A DNA stretch of 44,958 nt, from contig JABXGV010000173.1 of assembly GCA_016550485.1 (NCBI GenBank), forward strand, positions 1 to 44,958, read 5' to 3'. Positions 1-7,481 of the stretch are shown one piece after another. This DNA is from an archaeon. Lineage in GTDB: Archaea > Asgardarchaeota > Hermodarchaeia > Hermodarchaeales > Hermodarchaeaceae. The notes under the pieces were generated by a model. The model made no database searches and was not told the DNA's origin. It worked only from the letters and a program-made list of their open reading frames with translations. Position numbers and translations under genes: made by a program. Each line of letters opens with the position of its first letter. The first letter of the stretch is position 1.

Positions 1-45
1 ATCGAAACATTGAAGTGCACAAGCAAAAGCAAAACAAAAATAGAA

Positions 46-53
46 TTATAAAA
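46..53 (+). promoter_or_regulatory. TATA-like box (TTATAAAA) upstream of tRNA-Ala
   Basis: An A/T-rich octamer ends 16 nt upstream of the mature tRNA 5' end at 69. The spacing is shorter than the usual archaeal -26, so this is tentative. Confidence 0.3.
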
Positions 54-68
54 TGAGAACGGATTTGT

Positions 69-143
<75 letters not shown>

Positions 144-202
144 CTCTTCTCTTTATCCTTGTGGAAACCTTTTTGAACGGACGATTATTAACCTCCACAC
201 GC

Positions 203-344
203 GCCCCGATAGTGTAGTGGCTCCAGACAGGTCATGTCGAGCCGCAAACCCCGGTCAATCATTATGGGCTTTCGACCCGTAGAGATTACGTCATGCAGTG
301 ATGTGGTCCGGGAAACCCGGGTTCGAATCCCGGTCGGGGCACCA
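203..344 (+). tRNA. tRNA-Glu(UUC) with two non-canonical introns (D-loop and variable-loop/T-arm junction), CCA encoded
   Basis: Acceptor GCCCCGA (203-209) / TCGGGGC (334-340), then A and CCA. Anticodon arm ATGGG-CTTTCGA-CCCGT (264-280). T arm CCGGG-TTCGAAT-CCCGG (317-333). The gene is 142 nt, so about 63 nt must be excised. About 32 nt lie in the D-loop (about 219-250, with a GGCTC...GAGCC hairpin), leaving AGTCCGGTCAA. About 31 nt lie within 281-316. Exact junctions are not resolved. Confidence 0.8.
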
Positions 345-354
345 TTTACCCCTT

Positions 355-471
355 GCGGGGGTTACCGAGCCTGGTCAAAGGTGCAGGGTTTAGGTCCCTG
401 TCGTGTAGGCGTTCATGGGTTCGAAAGCGGTCATCTCTTGATGTTAGCCGAAATTCCCATCCCCCGCACCA
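355..471 (+). tRNA. tRNA-Leu(UAG), class II, with a ~29-nt intron inside the T-loop, CCA encoded
   Basis: Acceptor GCGGGGG (355-361) / CCCCCGC (461-467), then A and CCA. Anticodon arm CAGGG-TTTAGGT-CCCTG (384-400). Long variable arm. T stem ATGGG (415-419) / CCCAT (456-460) encloses 36 nt instead of 7. Removing 426-454 leaves TTCGAAT. The gene starts only 10 nt after tRNA-Glu, so co-transcription is likely. Confidence 0.8.
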
Positions 472-512
472 CTTACATCTTTTGTGTCAGTCAAGAAATT
501 TTGAGGAAAAAA

Positions 513-589
513 TGGCGCCGGGGGAGCGATTCGAACACTCGACCTAGAGGTTAACAGCCTCCCGCTCTACCGGGCTGAGCCACCCCGGC
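513..589 (-). tRNA. tRNA-Asn(GUU), intron-less, CCA encoded
   Basis: The reverse complement folds as GCCGGGG-TG-GCTC-AGCCCGGTA-GAGC-G-GGAGG-CTGTTAA-CCTCT-AGGTC-GAGTG-TTCGAAT-CGCTC-CCCCGGC-G-CCA. Confidence 0.9.
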
Positions 590-634
590 TTCGGGTTTTG
601 CGGTTCTGTGTTTTCCATATGGTTGATTTTAAAG

Positions 635-1222
635 TTATGGTTTGTCGGTTGCTTCGGGGCCTACTGGGCGCCACCCTTTCTGTTGGCGTTGCCGTTTTAG
701 TCTTCGGCGTTGGTCGTTGAGGTAGCGGTATACCGTTGAGTGTTCGGCGCCCCGTAGTAGCCGGATAATCGCTGTTAGCGCGATTTGCTGGTTTTCGAGT
801 TCGCCGATGATGCCTATGGTGTTTCCGAATATGGTGATGAAGGTGCTGGTGAGTTCCTCTATGTTCCGGCGCGTCTTGCCTCCTTGACCGATTACCCTGC
901 CCTTTAGTCTACGAATTTGATTGGGGGTACTCCCGTATTCTTCGAGGCTAATAATTCTAAGGTAGACTTCATCGTCGAGTAGAGTAAACGCTCGCTGGGG
1001 GCTGAAGCCACGTCCTATCGCCTGTACGATATCTCGCGCTTTCCACACCGCAAGAGGATCTTCTGTTGATTCCATTGTATCAATCGTGACTAGACCGTCT
1101 GCACTATCAATGTCTATGCGTGTGTTGGTGAGTTTTTCAAGGCGGGTTTTGACGGTTCCGTTTGGTCCGATAAGGACAGCGATGCGGTCTTTGGGGATGC
1201 GAATCCGTGAGGTAGCTTCTAT
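635..1222 (-). CDS. KH-domain RNA-binding protein (aDim2/Pno1-like, two KH domains); canonical start codon missing
   Basis: The listed ORF 635-1075 holds the second KH domain (VIGQGGKTRRNIE). The same frame stays open upstream to 1228 and encodes a first KH domain (RIRIPKDRIAVLIGPNGTVKTRLE). There is no ATG, GTG or TTG between the in-frame TGA (1229-1231) and the ATG at 1075. The first plausible initiator is ATA at 1220-1222. Confidence 0.7.
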   Translation of the reverse strand: MEATSRIRIPKDRIAVLIGPNGTVKTRLEKLTNTRIDIDSADGLVTIDTMESTEDPLAVWKARDIVQAIGRGFSPQRAFTLLDDEVYLRIISLEEYGSTPNQIRRLKGRVIGQGGKTRRNIEELTSTFITIFGNTIGIIGELENQQIALTAIIRLLRGAEHSTVYRYLNDQRRRLKRQRQQKGWRPVGPEATDKP

Positions 1223-1989
1223 TCTAGTTCACCTCGGCGAATCAATTCGATTGTCTGTTGAGTATCGAGTTTGGGGATGTTGAAGTAGCGGAAGTATGAG
1301 AGGATATTCCGTATATCTCGTTCAAAAAATTGGTTGCTGTAGGGATGGTCAAGGAGCACAGCTTGGGATACGTCGATAATAACCGGCTCGTTCCAGAGCA
1401 TAACGTTGTACTCGCTCAGGTCTGCGTGGACCAAGTTTGCCTGATGATACAGCGTAGAGATTGCCCTGAGAAGAACGTCACGAGTCTCCTCCGGGTTTTC
1501 GGGTTCCACTTTCTGCATTAATGGCGCTGGCAGCCCCTCTTCTCCAATGAATTCCATGACAAGGACATTGCGCTTGACGATGATGGGTTTGGGTACACGA
1601 ACTCCAACACGCTCTGCACGTTGTAGATTCTTAAATTCCTTAGACGCCCACGCAGTGATGAGCGCACTTCGTGACCGAGGAACCCTAGTAAAACGTGGGT
1701 CTCCTTCAAGATACGCGGTGATACGTTTGAAGTTGAAGGTGGAAATCCGGTAGATCTTGATAGCGACATCTGTTCCGTCTGGTTGGACTGCCCAGTAGAC
1801 ATTCGCCTCCTTTCCTGTGGATATGCAGCCATTGACTATGTTGAGAACCTTTTGGTTTATCAGATTGTAGAGGACGAGGAGGGTTTTTGTATCAAAGACG
1901 GACTCGATTACCTGTCGGTCTTCTGACCGTTTAATACGCATTCGAGCCTGGTCTAACCGTTGTTCTAGTCGGTCAATTTTAGGGGACAA
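1219..1989 (-). CDS. rio1: RIO-type serine/threonine protein kinase (Rio1-like)
   Basis: 256 aa. RIO kinase core (ISTGKEANVY, LVHADLSEYNV). Sits in the conserved archaeal aIF1A-Rio-KH neighbourhood. Confidence 0.85.
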   Translation of the reverse strand: MSPKIDRLEQRLDQARMRIKRSEDRQVIESVFDTKTLLVLYNLINQKVLNIVNGCISTGKEANVYWAVQPDGTDVAIKIYRISTFNFKRITAYLEGDPRFTRVPRSRSALITAWASKEFKNLQRAERVGVRVPKPIIVKRNVLVMEFIGEEGLPAPLMQKVEPENPEETRDVLLRAISTLYHQANLVHADLSEYNVMLWNEPVIIDVSQAVLLDHPYSNQFFERDIRNILSYFRYFNIPKLDTQQTIELIRRGELE

Positions 1990-2066
1990 TAAACATTCTC
2001 CATGATTTGCTTTGTTAAGCGACAGCTCCGCGGATCGGTTGATAAGTCTTATTATGATTAGGTGCG

Positions 2067-2798
2067 TTATACTGGATTAAACCGCTGCTCCGAGAGTTTT
2101 AATTGATTTGCAACGCTATGCAAGACTATTCCAATTACCGTGGAGGCTGGTAGAGGGGCAGGATAGACGCACACCTTTCGCTCAGCAAGCTGCATTGTAG
2201 TTGATGTAAAGAAGCCGTGAGCAAACCCTCCTATCATTACTAGTGGCTTGTCTTCCGAGCATATCGATTTAGCGAGTTCTGTTGGCGGCGTAGGAGTTCC
2301 CGTTTCAGTAAGTAGGAAGGTACAGCTAGGTTTCAGTCGCTGAATGTGAACTGCAAGTTTTCGGCGGCGTAGCTGCATCAGAGCTGTACCTTTAGGAGGG
2401 ACACGTTTTGTCAATAGTAATTGTTCCATCAAGCCTGTGAACCGTGCGAAGCGGCGAGGCAACCGGGTCTCTGGTTTCACTTCAATTATGGCCTCATCAC
2501 TAGTATGCACAAAAAGTTTCAAAAGATTCTCCCGCGCCAGAACAGAGTCTAGAGCGGTAAGTAGGCTCCGGTGTAAGACATCAGGTCGCCCACGTTTCTC
2601 ACAATCAGGAAGCATCTTTAGCGCTGCGGAGTGAAGCGCCTCGTCTAACAAGGTGTGTTCTGCCTTCTTTCGCCTCGCTTTTGCGGCGGCTTGAACTGCT
2701 GAGTGCTGGGCTATTATTGATGGTACAAGTTCTAATGGTGATTCTACAATCCCTAAAACCAGCAAACCTTCTTTCTCCTTTCGAAGTTTGCTCAGCAT
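2067..2798 (-). CDS. nep1: rRNA small-subunit pseudouridine methyltransferase Nep1/Emg1 (SPOUT)
   Basis: 243 aa. Contains GRPDVLHRSLLTALDS and a C-terminal IGGFAHG knot region typical of Nep1. Confidence 0.8.
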   Translation of the reverse strand: MLSKLRKEKEGLLVLGIVESPLELVPSIIAQHSAVQAAAKARRKKAEHTLLDEALHSAALKMLPDCEKRGRPDVLHRSLLTALDSVLARENLLKLFVHTSDEAIIEVKPETRLPRRFARFTGLMEQLLLTKRVPPKGTALMQLRRRKLAVHIQRLKPSCTFLLTETGTPTPPTELAKSICSEDKPLVMIGGFAHGFFTSTTMQLAERKVCVYPAPLPASTVIGIVLHSVANQLKLSEQRFNPV

Positions 2799-2808
2799 AG
2801 CAAGCAGT

Positions 2809-3156
2809 CTAATACCCTATTTTTAGATAGCCGCGTTTTTCCAGCCACTCTGCTTCACCTTGCGAGTAACGCCAGATGATGTCACCCCGCTGGTCGGACT
2901 GGAAATCCCATGGAGCGACTAGAACAACATCATCTTCTCGGATCCAGACTCGTTTTTTCATCGTTCCACGAATTCGGCAGAGTCTAGATTTACCATCAGC
3001 GCATTTGACACGAACTCGATCAAAACCGAGAAGCTGAACTGCGATACCCAAGACCTCTCCCTCTTGTGGAATACGTACGCGAACCACTTCTCCTTCTGGT
3101 CTCGACTGACCCTTAAGTCGTCTTCGTCCGCCTTTTCCACGTCGAGGTTTAGACAT
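2809..3156 (-). CDS. eif1a: translation initiation factor aIF1A
   Basis: S1-like OB core (GEVLGIAVQLLGFDRVRVKCADGKSRLCRIRGTMKKRVWIREDDVVLV). I prefer the ATG at 3154-3156 (MSKPRRGKGG..., 115 aa) over the track start at 3219. Confidence 0.85.
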   Translation of the reverse strand: MSKPRRGKGGRRRLKGQSRPEGEVVRVRIPQEGEVLGIAVQLLGFDRVRVKCADGKSRLCRIRGTMKKRVWIREDDVVLVAPWDFQSDQRGDIIWRYSQGEAEWLEKRGYLKIGY

Positions 3157-3248
3157 CAATGATACTCCTAGATTACTAGCGGTATTACGAAACGAAAGCC
3201 TGTATATAAGCTTGCTCACATAGATACAATAAATGAGGGAACATTCAA

Positions 3249-4319
3249 TTAGACTTCCTCCGGTGGTAATATTCTGAGGCGGTCATTCCAACTAACCGCA
3301 CTGAGCGTGTCGCCGACTTTGACTTGGAATGGAGGACGGGGCAGGTCATAGATTGAGTAATCTTGTTGACTCATTAACTGTAGCGTATCCGAATCTATAG
3401 AAATTATCATGAAGTCTTGAACTTGGTCATTTAGCAATTCCCAATCGATACTAACAAGCTCCTTTGGAGAGAAGACACGACGCTGCTCCGATTCAAGGTT
3501 GATTAGAGTGTAATGTCCATTACGTATGCCAGTGATTCGATAAACTTGTTTTTCATGGGCCAGCACATCTCCTACTTTATAGAGAGGGAAACGCACCACA
3601 AAACTCTCGCGGCTTTGCGTTTTTCCTGCTCGTGATCGTCCTGTGACTTTACTAGAAACACCAATTAGGAGCCCAAACTTGGTAGCCAACGCCTTTGCAA
3701 GGCTGCGACACAACCGGCTGGAGAGAAATTTAATGTCTATTCCCCCGCGGGTGGGGGTAATCTTTAGGAGTGTTTGTGGTTGTGTTGAAGTGCTAAGCTT
3801 CTCATCGATAAAGGCTAATACGAGGTTCTCTTGGTGTTTTGATAGTTTTCCTGTTGATGCGCGTATCTGAAGAAGTGCTTCATAGTAGCCGCCAGATGTA
3901 CGTTTACACCGTTCGCAAAGGGTGGGTGTTATAGGTATTACTATTTCTTCCTCTTGTCGAAATGAGAACTGCTCTGTGTTTGCGACAACTCTGACCCGCA
4001 CCTTTTTCAATCGGGTCACCGGTCTTTCTGGCTCGTCAAGGAGTTGGATTTCATAAGTAGCAGGTATTTTTGGAGCAAATAGGGGATCCAGTAGGTCACA
4101 AACCATTTGGGAGACGTGTTCGACAATAGATGTATCGCCGCATTGGACCCATTGGCCGCTAACCCGGTATGCATCACATCGAGGGCACATAATTGCTTGG
4201 GGTGAGTGGCGCAACTGGACTAGAGGGTGCTGGCTGAAGAAACAGTCTAGGCAAAAACCTTCGATAAAATGGAGGTCTTCGGAAGGTGTTCGTCCACATT
4301 TTGGGCAATTTTGCGGCAT
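3249..4319 (-). CDS. nmd3: NMD3-family 60S-subunit biogenesis/export adaptor homologue
   Basis: 356 aa. N-terminal Cys clusters (CPKCG..CLDC..CPRCD) followed by the NMD3 body. Confidence 0.75.
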   Translation of the reverse strand: MPQNCPKCGRTPSEDLHFIEGFCLDCFFSQHPLVQLRHSPQAIMCPRCDAYRVSGQWVQCGDTSIVEHVSQMVCDLLDPLFAPKIPATYEIQLLDEPERPVTRLKKVRVRVVANTEQFSFRQEEEIVIPITPTLCERCKRTSGGYYEALLQIRASTGKLSKHQENLVLAFIDEKLSTSTQPQTLLKITPTRGGIDIKFLSSRLCRSLAKALATKFGLLIGVSSKVTGRSRAGKTQSRESFVVRFPLYKVGDVLAHEKQVYRITGIRNGHYTLINLESEQRRVFSPKELVSIDWELLNDQVQDFMIISIDSDTLQLMSQQDYSIYDLPRPPFQVKVGDTLSAVSWNDRLRILPPEEV

Positions 4320-4325
4320 TGTGAC

Positions 4326-4634
4326 TCATTTCGTTACAACTAGCTGAGCATGTGGGATGTTCTGGATTCTTATGATTCCGTTTTTGTGAATAAGTTGTGC
4401 TTTCAGGGCACTCGTTACTATTCTTTCACCGACTATATTGGCGATAGTCGCTTGCTCCAAAGCTCGAATTCCTTCTTCAAGAGAAACAAGCTCCCCCTTG
4501 TAAAAATTCTCTGTGACATGAATTTGGCGCTCACCTTCTTCGAAGCGTTTTCCTAAAATCTCTTCGTCACAGATTGCGATAATGTATTCGTCTTCGTGAC
4601 GAATTATGTTTAAGTAGACTTTCATCGAATTCAT
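4326..4634 (-). CDS. DUF424-family protein
   Basis: 102 aa. The pattern MKVYLNIIRHEDEYIIAICDEEILGK resembles archaeal DUF424 proteins, which often lie next to aIF2 beta. The family is recalled, not searched. Confidence 0.5.
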   Translation of the reverse strand: MNSMKVYLNIIRHEDEYIIAICDEEILGKRFEEGERQIHVTENFYKGELVSLEEGIRALEQATIANIVGERIVTSALKAQLIHKNGIIRIQNIPHAQLVVTK

Positions 4635-4642
4635 CTACTCCT

Positions 4643-5146
4643 CTAAATGCTTCTGAGAGGTGTACGTCCGCCACAGCCAGAGCAAACCAGTACTAGTAAT
4701 CGCTCTTCACGCTTCATATCCGTATCTGGACCATTACAAATTGGACACAATACATATTCTTTCGTATACCTTTCTACGAGTTCATCGAGTGCTCGCGTAT
4801 TAAACCGGCCATTGAAAATTGCCTGTCGTCCGCGCATCTCTCCTGCAGTTGCCAACTCGCGCGCAAGGAATCGAATCAAATGCCGTGGATCTCTACGGAG
4901 AGTGTCTGTAATCTCTTTGAAGTTCCTTATTACGGTTCTCGGACCCTGAATAAACGCGCTCACTTTTGGTATAGTAAACCTAGGCCGCTCGTAGGCTTCG
5001 GGAGGAACTTGACTCCTTGCTCGTTGTAGAAGCACCTGATAGTCAAAGGGTTTAGTTGTCTTACTTGACGTAGATTTTGTAGTTGCAGGTTTTGGTTTTG
5101 AAGTTGGTTTAGCTTTCGGGGTCGATGGTTTTGGTTTGGCTGGCAA
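4643..5146 (-). CDS. eif2b: translation initiation factor aIF2 beta with a Lys/Pro/Thr/Ser-rich N-terminal extension
   Basis: Conserved core FDYQVLLQRA...CPICNGPDT...CSGCG. TTG start at 5144-5146 with GGAGG 8 nt upstream. The first ~33 residues are low-complexity (PAKPKPSTPKAKPTSKPKPATTKSTSSKTTKP). Confidence 0.85.
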   Translation of the reverse strand: MPAKPKPSTPKAKPTSKPKPATTKSTSSKTTKPFDYQVLLQRARSQVPPEAYERPRFTIPKVSAFIQGPRTVIRNFKEITDTLRRDPRHLIRFLARELATAGEMRGRQAIFNGRFNTRALDELVERYTKEYVLCPICNGPDTDMKREERLLVLVCSGCGGRTPLRSI

Positions 5147-5315
5147 TTAACAAGCCTCCATTGTTAGGGATTAAAGTCAAAGAATTGCTCACTCATAAAG
5201 TATCCGTCAACGAGTGCCAGATTATCCAATGACTACTTCAAAATTGCTTATTTCAACTCTTTACCTAACAGCAGATAAGACTTTGTATTGACTAACATGG
5301 TGAATCCATATACTA

Positions 5316-6080
5316 TTATGATCTCTTATACCGGTGGATTTCAGGCTCGTATATAAGACCTTCACTAAGCAAATCTATTAGCACCTGTTCTATCTCCTCC
5401 TCTGAAGCATTCCCTGCTGCCTTTAGGATTTGCTCAAAATGGGCTCCTCCTTCTTCATCGTGTGCTTCAATTGTCTGTATAATCTTTCGACGAAGCTCTG
5501 CTGGTACCTGAAGTGTTTCCGCTGCCTCAGTTTGTTGCTCCAATGTTGCAGCAGCAGTTTGCCAACCACGCGGCGTTAACTCTGTTTGATGAGCGACGGG
5601 AGATGCACCACTTTCCTGTCTTTCCTCCTCTTTCGGTTCAGAGGCCTTTAACGGATGTGGTTTAGCTCGTGATCTGACTAACTCGAGGATTCGGACTGTT
5701 TCCCAGTTGGGGTCATCAAGTTTGCGTACAATTTCTCCATTGATATAGGTCTCTTCTTGGTATCTCCGAATTTTACCAATGACAAGAACAAGGTCACCAA
5801 CCTCAATCCCCTCAATTCTCTCACAGTCACTCCCCCACATCTTGACCCGAATTACATCTGTTCCGTCATCGATAGTTATCGTGGCATATCTTTTTTCTTC
5901 CTCTCCTTCATCCCTTCTGCCTTCAAATCTATCGACAACAGTGGCTATCACGTTAACACGACTCACCTGACCTAGGTGGGTCTCGACTCCCACAACTCTA
6001 TCTCCCTGTCGAGTGATTAATGTTCCTTTCACAATTTCTTCGATGGAAATCTTAGCTGCTGTTGCCCTTTGTGGAACCAC
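5316..6080 (-). CDS. RPA32(RPA2)-like ssDNA-binding protein: OB fold plus C-terminal winged helix
   Basis: OB-fold pattern VNVIATVVD...ITIDDGTDVIRVKMW...VLVIGKIR. An acidic linker follows. The C-terminal wH-like segment is IIQTIEAHDEEGGAHFEQILK...LLSEGLIYEPE. GTG start; the exact start is uncertain. Confidence 0.5.
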   Translation of the reverse strand: MVPQRATAAKISIEEIVKGTLITRQGDRVVGVETHLGQVSRVNVIATVVDRFEGRRDEGEEEKRYATITIDDGTDVIRVKMWGSDCERIEGIEVGDLVLVIGKIRRYQEETYINGEIVRKLDDPNWETVRILELVRSRAKPHPLKASEPKEEERQESGASPVAHQTELTPRGWQTAAATLEQQTEAAETLQVPAELRRKIIQTIEAHDEEGGAHFEQILKAAGNASEEEIEQVLIDLLSEGLIYEPEIHRYKRS

Positions 6081-6151
6081 TTTATATTACAACTCCGTGC
6101 TATCATTTTACTATGGCGTTCAAAAAGCCTTCTTCAACAAGCTGCCAGACC

Positions 6152-6157
6152 TATATA
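6152..6157 (+). promoter_or_regulatory. TATA-like box (TATATA) for the tRNA-binding protein gene
   Basis: Lies 38-43 nt upstream of the ATG at 6195, with TGAGGT between them as a possible SD. It sits in a divergent intergenic region. Confidence 0.3.
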
Positions 6158-6194
6158 GTCTGAAAAATATTGTGTTCTATTTGAGGTTACAATT

Positions 6195-6536
6195 ATGATC
6201 AGCTTTGATGCGTTCAAAAAACTTGATTTCAGGATTGCTACAATACTAGAGGTCGAAAAAATATCTGGTACGCGAAATCTGCTGCGACTAAAGATTGACA
6301 TGGGTGAACTGGGTCAACGACAAATCGTAACTGGTTTAGCTCAATATTATTCGGTAGAAACGCTAGTCGGTATGCAAATTATAGTACTAGCTAATTTGCA
6401 GCCGGCTGTTATCCGCGGCGTGAAATCAGAGGGTATGCTGCTTGCAGCGGAAACTGGGAAACCTGGTGACCCTAATTATAGTGTCGTCCTAGTAGTTCCT
6501 GAACAAAAACTTCCAGCAGGAACACCAGTTCATTAG
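6195..6536 (+). CDS. tRNA-binding domain protein (Trbp111/CsaA/EMAPII-like OB)
   Basis: 113 aa. Contains KLDFRIATILEVEKI...RQIVTGLAQYY...QPAVIRGVKSEGMLLAAE, typical of the MetRS C-terminal-like tRNA-binding domain. Confidence 0.8.
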   Translation: MISFDAFKKLDFRIATILEVEKISGTRNLLRLKIDMGELGQRQIVTGLAQYYSVETLVGMQIIVLANLQPAVIRGVKSEGMLLAAETGKPGDPNYSVVLVVPEQKLPAGTPVH

Positions 6537-6543
6537 ATTAGAG

Positions 6544-7281
6544 TTAAGCGAACATACCACCTAAATCACGGTCAGGTTCCCGCTCGCGCTGACGCTCAAG
6601 CAACTGCTTGATTTCGTTTTCAATTGTATCTGCATCTCGCATGAGTTCCTCTACACTCACATTAAGATTGTAGAGTTGATTCAAAACCTCAATGGCGACA
6701 CTTGCTGCCCGAGGATCAGGACGTCCGCGCTGAGCATAGGGGAGCACTGCTATTGCTGGGAAATTACGGATTTCAAAATTAGCCAGTAGCAACGCAAGCG
6801 GTCCGTAAATACCACGTCCATCTTCAAGAATTGGCAGCTGCTTCTCTTCTGCTTTTTTCTTATATGCTGTGGTTGGTGCACAACGAAACTTGCTGTCATC
6901 AGTCGCAAACTGAATGTCCAGCCCACCAAGGAGGAGCGCTTCTTGAAGTCCGTTCTTTAGTGCCCATTCAGCAATGGCTACAGTGAATGGGGTCCACTCG
7001 GCTCTATGAGGTTGTAGGCGTGTAAAGAGAAGAATGAAACGGTCAAAAGAATACAACTCGATTGGGAGAAGAAGCCTCCCGTTCCCCAAGAAGACATGTG
7101 GAGGTACAAGAGGGCTCATGATGTAACCAATAGGCTTCACACCTTCTTGCGAAACTAGATGGCGGATTAGGATGTATCCACACTCACCTAGAGCAGAGTG
7201 AAAACCGCCAATCAGCACTTTACCCTTAGGGTCAAAGTCCTTATCCTTGATGATAATCTCTATCTCTTCTACGTAGTCCAC
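6544..7281 (-). CDS. PAC2-family proteasome assembly chaperone (PbaA/B-like)
   Basis: 245 aa with PAC2/DUF75-like architecture. The C-terminus ends ...GGMFA, which resembles an HbYX proteasome alpha-ring docking motif. Confidence 0.55.
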   Translation of the reverse strand: MDYVEEIEIIIKDKDFDPKGKVLIGGFHSALGECGYILIRHLVSQEGVKPIGYIMSPLVPPHVFLGNGRLLLPIELYSFDRFILLFTRLQPHRAEWTPFTVAIAEWALKNGLQEALLLGGLDIQFATDDSKFRCAPTTAYKKKAEEKQLPILEDGRGIYGPLALLLANFEIRNFPAIAVLPYAQRGRPDPRAASVAIEVLNQLYNLNVSVEELMRDADTIENEIKQLLERQREREPDRDLGGMFA

Positions 7282-7481
7282 GTTTCGTCACAGCCGACCT
7301 CTATACGAGTAGCGCAAGATGTTGGGGTGTTTTAAGTCTTGTTGACTAATTATTGCCTTTGGTTGTGATTAGCTAGTGCCTATAAAATATTGACTAGTTG
7401 TCGAAAAGCATTTATGGTTGTGATGTGTGCATGGCGTTAATACTGGTGCTGAGCTGGAGTATTTAATTCAGGGGAATCAGG

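Noticed and set aside
234-554. Track ORFs 234-554 and 353-547 on the + strand.
   Set aside because: They run straight through the tRNA-Glu, tRNA-Leu and tRNA-Asn genes. The tRNA folds are far better supported than these ORFs.
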